In this document: positions 33,687 to 39,680 of the stretch, in pieces
How the letters are laid out: the number at the start of each line of letters is the position of its first letter
How positions within the stretch are numbered: position 1 is the first letter of the stretch
Source of the DNA: Candidatus Omnitrophota bacterium
Lineage (GTDB): Bacteria > NPL-UPA2 > BS750m-G34
Direction of reading: 5' to 3'
Assembly: GCA_016783345.1 (NCBI GenBank)
Contig: JADHWT010000001.1
Span: forward strand, 1 to 39,680
DNA: 39,680 nt
The notes under the pieces: generated by a model
Seen by the model: only the letters and a program-made list of their open reading frames with translations
Told to the model about the DNA's origin: nothing
Database searches by the model: none
Made by a program: the position numbers and the translations under genes

Positions 33687-34319
33687 ATGAATTTTATACT
33701 AAAAGCTGGACCGGTTATTATTCCGATACTCCTCGGGTCTATCATAGGCCTGGCTATAATACTCGAGCGTATCTGGTTTTTCAGTAGGACAACAAAGACA
33801 AATCCGCGTAGTTTTTCCGAAAGGATATTTTATTCTGTCAGGCGCGGTGACCTTCAGGGCGCCATCAGTTCCTGTAATGAATACATCAAATATCCTTTAG
33901 CTATTATCTTTAAGACAGGATTGGAGAGATGGGCGCTTAGTTCTCAGGAGATAGAAAAGGCTATGGAGAGGGAGGGGAATAACCAGGCCCTGGAGCTTGA
34001 AAAATTTATGGGTGCGCTCGCTACCATCGCTGCTATTGAGCCGCTTCTCGGGTTTTTAGGCACTATCACAGGCCTCATCAAGGCCTTTATGAGCTGGGAA
34101 CAGGCCGGCGCCAATATTACAGTCAGCGCCCTGGCCAGTGGTATATACGAAGCCATGATTACTACGGCAACCGGATTGGCTGTGGCTATACCTCTTTTTA
34201 TTGTATATAATTATTTCGTTGCCAGGATAAGTGTCCTGACCCAGGGATGGACCGATTACTCTCTGAGACTTAGTGAGGTGATTGCCGGGGTAAAAAAGGA
34301 AAATAGCAGTCAAAAATGA
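33687..34319 (+). CDS. MotA/TolQ/ExbB-family proton channel
   Basis: 210 aa. Three TM helices, and the N-terminus MNFILKAGPVIIPILLGSIIGLAIILERIWFF is typical. The conserved region is ...LGTITGLIKAF. Confidence 0.88.
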   Translation: MNFILKAGPVIIPILLGSIIGLAIILERIWFFSRTTKTNPRSFSERIFYSVRRGDLQGAISSCNEYIKYPLAIIFKTGLERWALSSQEIEKAMEREGNNQALELEKFMGALATIAAIEPLLGFLGTITGLIKAFMSWEQAGANITVSALASGIYEAMITTATGLAVAIPLFIVYNYFVARISVLTQGWTDYSLRLSEVIAGVKKENSSQK

Positions 34320-34735
34320 AAATAGGCGGACGTAGAAAGTATTTTTCCAGTCTCGAATCAATTGCCTTCACTGATATTGTCTTAAATATGTTTATATTCT
34401 TTTTCATCTCCTTTAGTCTTTTATATACCTTTGACCCGCAAAGACTCCAGCGTATAGAGGTAAATCTGCCCAAGGCTGATAGCGGGGGGCCATTGGAAGA
34501 GAAGGAGCGTGTTTACATAACCTTATCTGAAAAAGGGGAGATTTATGTAGAAAAAGACCTGGTTAAGATAGGTGATCTTAAGTCCAGACTTTCTGCCAGG
34601 TTTAAAGAAGATAAAGATTTGAATGTTATTATAAGGGTAGATAAGAAGACTGTCTTTGATCGTGTGACCGAGGTCCTTGATACAGTTAATCTGGTAGGGA
34701 TAAAAAGGATAAGCGTTGCAGTTACCAAGAAATAG
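34316..34735 (+). CDS. ExbD/TolR-family biopolymer transport protein
   Basis: 139 aa. A single N-terminal TM (FTDIVLNMFIFFFISF), then the ExbD periplasmic domain (V.LP.A......I.....G.......V.IRVDKK..F..V..VLD). It overlaps exbB (ATGA). Confidence 0.85.
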   Translation: MKIGGRRKYFSSLESIAFTDIVLNMFIFFFISFSLLYTFDPQRLQRIEVNLPKADSGGPLEEKERVYITLSEKGEIYVEKDLVKIGDLKSRLSARFKEDKDLNVIIRVDKKTVFDRVTEVLDTVNLVGIKRISVAVTKK

Positions 34736-34744
34736 TTTTTTTGC

Positions 34745-34830
34745 GGGCAGGTACCCAAGCGGTCAAAGGGAACAGACTGTAAATCTGTCGGTGTATACCT
34801 TCGGAGGTTCGAATCCTTCCCTGCCCACCA
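34745..34830 (+). tRNA. tRNA-Tyr (GTA)
   Basis: 86 nt. Acceptor GGGCAGG/CCTGCCC, anticodon loop CTGTAAA, long variable arm, T-loop GGAGG-TTCGAAT-CCTTC, and an encoded CCA. Confidence 0.9.
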
Positions 34831-34853
34831 GCTTTTGAGGTTTGTTTTTCTTC

Positions 34854-34883
34854 TTGACAAAAGTATCTCTTTTAAGATAAAAT
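34854..34883 (+). promoter_or_regulatory. Sigma70-type promoter for the OMP gene
   Basis: TTGACA (34854-34859), 18-nt spacer, TAAAAT (34878-34883). Confidence 0.45.
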
Positions 34884-34934
34884 TCTGTTTGTGGGATTAA
34901 AGCAGGTAAAAAGAAAGGAATAGGGGGTAATATT

Positions 34935-35744
34935 ATGTTTAAACGAATAAGTGGTTTTGTGTTTGTTGTTGCCCTTGGGGTGGGTTTGAGCCTTAGTGTT
35001 CAAGCTGGGACAGTTGGTAATCCTGTGGGAATAGATTTTCCTAAGGGTCCGGGAGCAATTACTAAAGATCAATTTATAGAAAAGGGCCTGAATCCTATTT
35101 ATTTTTCAGGACAGACAGAGTTTCTCTTCAAAAAGCAATTTGATAGCGCCAACACATCTAACCTTGAGATAGAAGGATTCTGGTATCTGGGTAAAATCTC
35201 TCTAGTTTTTACGGAAAAATTTCGGCCTTTTATTCTCTTAGGTGTCTCAAGCCTTGACATTTCCGGAGATTATGGAACTACCGAGGTAAATTTAAAGGCA
35301 GATACCAGCATTGCATATGGCGGAGGTTTTTCCTGGCTCCTCCTTGATGGGATATCAAAATATGACATAGCATTAGCCCTGAGCGGTCTATATCGTGAGT
35401 CAGAATTTGACGGGGACATGTTAGAGCCTACGACCACTATAACTGATCTAAGTACTAAAATAGAGGAATTGGAGTTTGCGCTGACTGCTTATAAGGATTT
35501 TACAGTATGGAACGTGCCGATACGGCCCTATGTCAGTATTGTCTATGCTGAGAGTGATGTCAATTTTAGTTTTATAAACAATGATAATGGTGCCACCATT
35601 GATTTCGGTGAGGTTGATAACAATCGTAACGTGGGCATTGCCCTGGGATGCGAGAAGGAGCCCCTAAAGGGGTTGGGGGTAAATGTGGAGCTTAGGCTTA
35701 TCACCGAAGAGGCGCTTACTGTAGGAGCTACTTTAAAATTTTAA
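34935..35744 (+). CDS. Outer-membrane beta-barrel protein (porin/OMP-like)
   Basis: 269 aa. Signal peptide ending SVQA, alternating amphipathic strands, and a C-terminal ...ATLKF aromatic terminus typical of BAM substrates. Confidence 0.55.
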   Translation: MFKRISGFVFVVALGVGLSLSVQAGTVGNPVGIDFPKGPGAITKDQFIEKGLNPIYFSGQTEFLFKKQFDSANTSNLEIEGFWYLGKISLVFTEKFRPFILLGVSSLDISGDYGTTEVNLKADTSIAYGGGFSWLLLDGISKYDIALALSGLYRESEFDGDMLEPTTTITDLSTKIEELEFALTAYKDFTVWNVPIRPYVSIVYAESDVNFSFINNDNGATIDFGEVDNNRNVGIALGCEKEPLKGLGVNVELRLITEEALTVGATLKF

Positions 35745-35838
35745 AACTTCCGATAAATTACGACTCGCCTGTCATTTCTAGACAATTAGCTTCCTTTGTG
35801 TTGTAATAATTTAGCCTTGTTTCCAAATTTTATTGAAT

Positions 35839-35912
<74 letters not shown>

Positions 35913-35919
35913 AAAGTGT

Positions 35920-35996
35920 GGGTGCTTAGCTCAGATGGATAGAGTGTCGCCTTGACATGGCGGAGGTCGCTGGTTCAATCCCAGCAGCACCCACCA
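35920..35996 (+). tRNA. tRNA-Val (GAC)
   Basis: 77 nt. Acceptor GGGTGCT/AGCACCC, anticodon loop TTGACAT, T-arm GCTGG-TTCAATC-CCAGC, and an encoded CCA. Confidence 0.9.
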
Positions 35997-36006
35997 GTTA
36001 TTATTA

Positions 36007-37722
36007 ATGAATATGAATATTGAAATTTACCGTCACAGTGCCAGCCATATCTTAGCGCAGGCAGTTAAAGAACTCTATCCTGATGTTAGGTTAGGTATTG
36101 GTCCGGCAATTGATAATGGTTTTTATTATGATTTTGAGCGCAGAACTCCTTTTCAGCAGGAAGATCTCGCAAAGATAGAGGCGAAGATGTCTGAAATCAT
36201 AAAAAGGGATATACCCTTTATCAGAAAAGAGGTCGATAAAGAAGAGGCGAAGAAGATGTTCGCTGATTTAGGTGAAAAGTATAAACTGGAACTCATTGAT
36301 GAAATTCCGGAAGAGAAGGTTACTGTCTATGCCCAGGATAAATTTATAGACCTCTGCCGCGGACCGCACGCAAAGAGTACAGGTGAGATTAAGGCATTTA
36401 AACTGTTATCTGTAGCAGGGGCCTACTGGCGGGGAGATGCTACAAAACCTATGCTCCAGCGTATTTACGGTACAGCCTTTAATACAGAGAAAGAGTTAAG
36501 GAAACATCTCCACAACATAGAAGAGGCAAAGAAAAGAGATCATCGTTCTTTAGGTCAGAAACTGGGGCTGTTTTTAATGAGGGAAGAGGCCGGAGCAGGG
36601 TTTGTTATCTATCAACCTAACGGGGGGATGATCAGGCATCTATTGGAAGAATATGAAAGAAAAGAGCATTTGCGCCGTGGATATAAGTTTGTCTATGGCC
36701 CTACTATACTAAAGAAAGAATTATGGGAGCGTTCGGGGCATTATGAGCACTATCGTGAACTTATGTATTTTACCAGGGTAGGTGAAGAGGAATACGCAAT
36801 AAAGCCTATGAATTGCATAAGCCATATGCTTATTTTTAAATCCCGTATTCGGAGCTACCGCGATTTACCGATACGGCTTTTTGAATTAGGCACAGTCCAT
36901 CGTCATGAAAAATCCGGCGTCCTGCATGGCCTGCTTCGTGTAAGGGCATTTACCCAGGATGACGCGCATATCTTCTGCCGTGAGGACCAGATGGTAGATG
37001 AGATAAAGGGTGTCCTTGACCTGGTTAAGGATGTAATGGCGGTTTTTAATTTTACATTCACCTTAGAGATAAGTACCAGGCCCGGTAAATCTATCGGGCG
37101 CGATGAAGACTGGGACAAGGCCACGTCTGCACTTAAAGAGGCGTTGGAAGATAAGAAACTGCCGTACAAAATTAACGAAGGGGAAGGCGCATTTTATGGC
37201 CCTAAGATTGATGTCATCCTTGAAGATGCAATTAAGAGAAAATGGCAGTGCGCTACTATTCAGTGTGATTTTACTATGCCTGAACGTTTTGATCTGCATT
37301 TTACTAATAATCGGGGGGAAAAGGAGCGGCCTATTATGCTGCATCGTGTTATATTTGGGGCCCTTGAGAGGTTTATCGGTATACTTATTGAGCATTATGC
37401 AGGCGCATTTCCTCTATGGCTCGCGCCTGTTCAGGTAAAGATTTTGACTATAAGCGAGAAATATAATACTTACGCTAATGAGATAGCCAAGAGTTTATCT
37501 AAAGAAGAAGTCCGTTATGAAGTTGACCTGGGGGATGAAAAGATTGGCTATAAGATTAGACAGGGGAGACTTCAGAAGATACCGTACTTAGTCATTGTAG
37601 GTGAAAGAGAGGTAAAGGATAATTCTCTTTCTTTGCGGAGTCGTGAGAGAGGAGATGAGGGAAAGATTTTTTTATCTGATTTCCTCAAACGGTTAAAAGA
37701 AGAGGTCGATTTAAAGAAATAG
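36007..37722 (+). CDS. thrS: Threonyl-tRNA synthetase lacking the N-terminal TGS domain
   Basis: 571 aa. It starts directly in the editing (second additional) domain (YRHSASHILAQAV). Class II motifs HRHEKSGVLHGLLRVRAFTQDDAHIF and GALERFIGILIEH are present, with an anticodon-binding C-terminus. Confidence 0.93.
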   Translation: MNMNIEIYRHSASHILAQAVKELYPDVRLGIGPAIDNGFYYDFERRTPFQQEDLAKIEAKMSEIIKRDIPFIRKEVDKEEAKKMFADLGEKYKLELIDEIPEEKVTVYAQDKFIDLCRGPHAKSTGEIKAFKLLSVAGAYWRGDATKPMLQRIYGTAFNTEKELRKHLHNIEEAKKRDHRSLGQKLGLFLMREEAGAGFVIYQPNGGMIRHLLEEYERKEHLRRGYKFVYGPTILKKELWERSGHYEHYRELMYFTRVGEEEYAIKPMNCISHMLIFKSRIRSYRDLPIRLFELGTVHRHEKSGVLHGLLRVRAFTQDDAHIFCREDQMVDEIKGVLDLVKDVMAVFNFTFTLEISTRPGKSIGRDEDWDKATSALKEALEDKKLPYKINEGEGAFYGPKIDVILEDAIKRKWQCATIQCDFTMPERFDLHFTNNRGEKERPIMLHRVIFGALERFIGILIEHYAGAFPLWLAPVQVKILTISEKYNTYANEIAKSLSKEEVRYEVDLGDEKIGYKIRQGRLQKIPYLVIVGEREVKDNSLSLRSRERGDEGKIFLSDFLKRLKEEVDLKK

Positions 37723-37762
37723 GAGGTGGCAAATCGGTTCTAATTATAGAGGAAACAGTGGG

Positions 37763-38269
37763 ATGGGAGATAATTATAGAATAAACAGAGGGATAAGGGC
37801 AAAAAGTGTCAGGTTAGTCGGCGCAGCCGGTGAGCAGGTTGGCATTGTCAGTATTGAGGATGCAATGCGTCGTGCTCAAGAGGCAGGACTTGATATTGTA
37901 GAGGTGGCAAGCAGTACGGATCCGCCGGTATGCCGGATAATGGACTACGGGAAATTTCGTTATGAGAAATTAAAACAGCAAAGGCAAGCGCGAAAGAAAC
38001 AAAAATCTTTTACAATTAAACAGATCAGGGTTCGGCCTAAGATAGGAGAGCATGACTATCAGGTTAAGTTGAAACATGCTATAGCGTTTCTAAAAGAGGG
38101 TAATAAGATAAAGTTTTCTTTGATGTTCAGGGGTAGAGAGATGGCTCATCAGGAACTGGGCAGAAATGTGCTTCAGAAATTTATAAATGATCTGGCTGGG
38201 ATATCTGTTATAGAACAACGCCCAACTCTACAGACTCGGTTTATGAATATGGTTCTGGGACCTAAATAA
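37763..38269 (+). CDS. infC: Translation initiation factor IF-3 (alternative in-frame ATC start at 37733)
   Basis: INRGIRAKSVRLVG..GEQVGIVS, PPVCRIMDYGKF.YE and IRV.P.I.EHDY..K are present. ATG 37763 has GAGGA 9 nt upstream. In-frame ATC 37733 sits 6 nt after a perfect AGGAGG (37721-37726). Confidence 0.9.
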   Translation: MGDNYRINRGIRAKSVRLVGAAGEQVGIVSIEDAMRRAQEAGLDIVEVASSTDPPVCRIMDYGKFRYEKLKQQRQARKKQKSFTIKQIRVRPKIGEHDYQVKLKHAIAFLKEGNKIKFSLMFRGREMAHQELGRNVLQKFINDLAGISVIEQRPTLQTRFMNMVLGPK

Positions 38270-38292
38270 AAAAAAGGAACAAGGAGGAATTT

Positions 38293-38481
38293 ATGCCAAA
38301 AATAAGAACACGACATAGTGTAAGACGCCGAATAAAGAAAACCTCTACCGGGAAATTGATGAGGAGGATGTCCTGTGTCGGACATCTCAAGACCAAAAAA
38401 CCCCGGAAGCGTAAGAGGAGACTTAAGAAGAATGTCCGGATAACGCCGGGGCTGGAGAAACAATTGAAAAGATTATTATAA
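38293..38481 (+). CDS. rpmI: 50S ribosomal protein L35
   Basis: 62 aa. MPKIRTRHSVRRRIKKTSTGKL.RR....HL.TKK..KRKR.L is typical of bL35. The RBS is AAGGAGG. Confidence 0.9.
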   Translation: MPKIRTRHSVRRRIKKTSTGKLMRRMSCVGHLKTKKPRKRKRRLKKNVRITPGLEKQLKRLL

Positions 38482-38493
38482 GGGGGTATCGTT

Positions 38494-38862
38494 ATGGTAA
38501 GAGCAAGAAGTAGGGTCACTAAACGGGCGAGACATAAGAAGGTCTTAAAGGCAGCGAAAGGATACAGGGGGGGGCGCAGTAAGCTCTATAAAACTGCCCG
38601 TGACGCTGTCAGGCGCGCCGAACGTTATGCAACTGATCACAGGAGACTGAGAAAAAGAGAATTCAGGACCTTGTGGATTACGCGCTTAAATGCGGCATGC
38701 AGGGAAAATAACCTGCCATACAATCGTTTTATCCATGGCCTTCATCTCTGTAAGATTAACATTAACAGAAAGGTGCTTTCAGAGATGGCTGTCTCTGACC
38801 GGGCGTCTTTTAATCAGTTAGTCGGCATGGCCAGTGATGTCTTGAAAAAGAAAAAGGCATAA
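38494..38862 (+). CDS. rplT: 50S ribosomal protein L20
   Basis: 122 aa. RARHKKVLK.AKGYRG.RSKLY..A..AV.RA..YA..HRR.RKR.FR.LWI.R.NAA is canonical bL20. Confidence 0.93.
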   Translation: MVRARSRVTKRARHKKVLKAAKGYRGGRSKLYKTARDAVRRAERYATDHRRLRKREFRTLWITRLNAACRENNLPYNRFIHGLHLCKININRKVLSEMAVSDRASFNQLVGMASDVLKKKKA

Positions 38863-38877
38863 GGTATAATAAATGTT

Positions 38878-39680
38878 ATGTTAGTTGTTCAGAAATACGG
38901 CGGGACTTCAGTGGCGACGACTGAGAAAATTGTCTCAGTAGCTAAGCGGATCCTCGCTACCAGAAATAAGGGGCATAAGGTAGTAGTAGTGGTCTCTGCG
39001 CTTGGACATACAACAGATGATCTTCTTGCGCTTGCCAATAAGGTGAACTCACAGCCATCTGATAGAGAAATATCTATGCTTCTTTCAACAGGGGAACAAG
39101 TATCAGTTGCTTTGCTTGCTATGGCTCTTCACGAACTCGGTTGTCCTGCTATTTCCTTTACCGGCATGCAGGTTGGGATTGTTACTAATGCCGCATATAC
39201 CAACGCAAAAATTCTTCGTATAAATACCAGAAGAATACGAAAGGAGCTTTCTAAAGGGAAGGTTGTGATCGTAGCAGGTTTCCAGGGGGTAAATTTAAGA
39301 AACGATATTACTACCCTTGGCCGCGGAGGTTCAAATCTAACAGCGGTAGCTTTGGCTGCCGTGTTAAAGGCGCAGGCCTGTGAGATGAACACTGATGTAG
39401 ACGGGGTCTATACTGCCGACCCAAGGATTGTGCCGGGGGCACGGAAACTCTCCAGGATTTCTTATGAAGAGATGTTAGAACTGTCTAGTCTTGGCGTGCA
39501 GGTTTTGCAGCCGCGCTCTGTGCAGTTTGCTCAAAAATACAATGTCCCTATACATGTCCGCTCAAGTTTTTCGCAAAAAAACGGAACCCTTATAACCAAG
39601 GAGGTTAAGACTATGGAAAAAGAGGTCATAAGCGGTGTTACAGCCACCAAAAATGAGGCCAAGATATGTATCCGGGGTGT
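38878..39680 (+). CDS. lysC: Aspartate kinase, 3' end cut by window edge (not in ORF track)
   Basis: ATG 38878 opens a frame that runs to the window end. MLVVQKYGGTSVATTEKI, VVVVSALGHTTDDLL, GFQG.....ITTLGRGGS and MNTDVDGVYTADPRIVP are present. Confidence 0.88.
   Translation, partial: MLVVQKYGGTSVATTEKIVSVAKRILATRNKGHKVVVVVSALGHTTDDLLALANKVNSQPSDREISMLLSTGEQVSVALLAMALHELGCPAISFTGMQVGIVTNAAYTNAKILRINTRRIRKELSKGKVVIVAGFQGVNLRNDITTLGRGGSNLTAVALAAVLKAQACEMNTDVDGVYTADPRIVPGARKLSRISYEEMLELSSLGVQVLQPRSVQFAQKYNVPIHVRSSFSQKNGTLITKEVKTMEKEVISGVTATKNEAKICIRG

Overview
This is a 39.7-kb chromosomal window from a moderately AT-rich diderm bacterium. LptF/G, TolC-like, ExbBD and beta-barrel OMP genes are all present. 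The lineage is probably uncultivated; an Omnitrophota/PVC-like origin is only my guess and cannot be verified here.

I support about 46 protein genes, 3 tRNAs and several promoters and terminators. Most of the content is housekeeping:
- folE (5' partial), topA, efp and an orphan rplC
- an ACP / LbH nucleotidyltransferase / ackA / pta operon, and nagB
- a receiver/kinase cluster with five genes, then lptF/G, an FmdB zinc ribbon and comEA
- hppA-apbE-pabB-pabC-glnA, and comF
- gap, aroA and exbBD
- tRNA-Tyr, an OMP, and tRNA-Gly and tRNA-Val directly ahead of thrS-infC-rpmI-rplT, then aspartate kinase (3' partial)

No CRISPR array, transposase or integrase is visible.

The items most worth a second look are:
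1. A tightly coupled six-gene envelope operon at 23048-30546. It encodes an anchored beta-sandwich protein, a TolC-like OMP, an ABC ATPase, two paralogous ABC-2 permeases with large periplasmic inserts, and a HEAT + CBM9-like lipoprotein. It has no periplasmic adaptor gene.
2. A two-hairpin 5'-leader element present twice (8797-8918 and 21733-21824). Five compensatory base-pair changes and a stem-extending insertion separate the two copies.
3. A perfect 44-bp direct repeat of the gap 3' end, bracketing a roughly 1.96-kb segment that carries aroA and a decayed AT-rich remnant.
4. An EF-P whose modification-loop tip is Gln rather than Lys or Arg.
5. Probable leaderless promoters abutting rplC and pta.

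Several ORF-track starts were corrected: 2802, 14211, 17738, 21392 and 21832. Three genes missing from the track were added: 3486-3626, the 5' extension of folE, and the 3'-open aspartate kinase.
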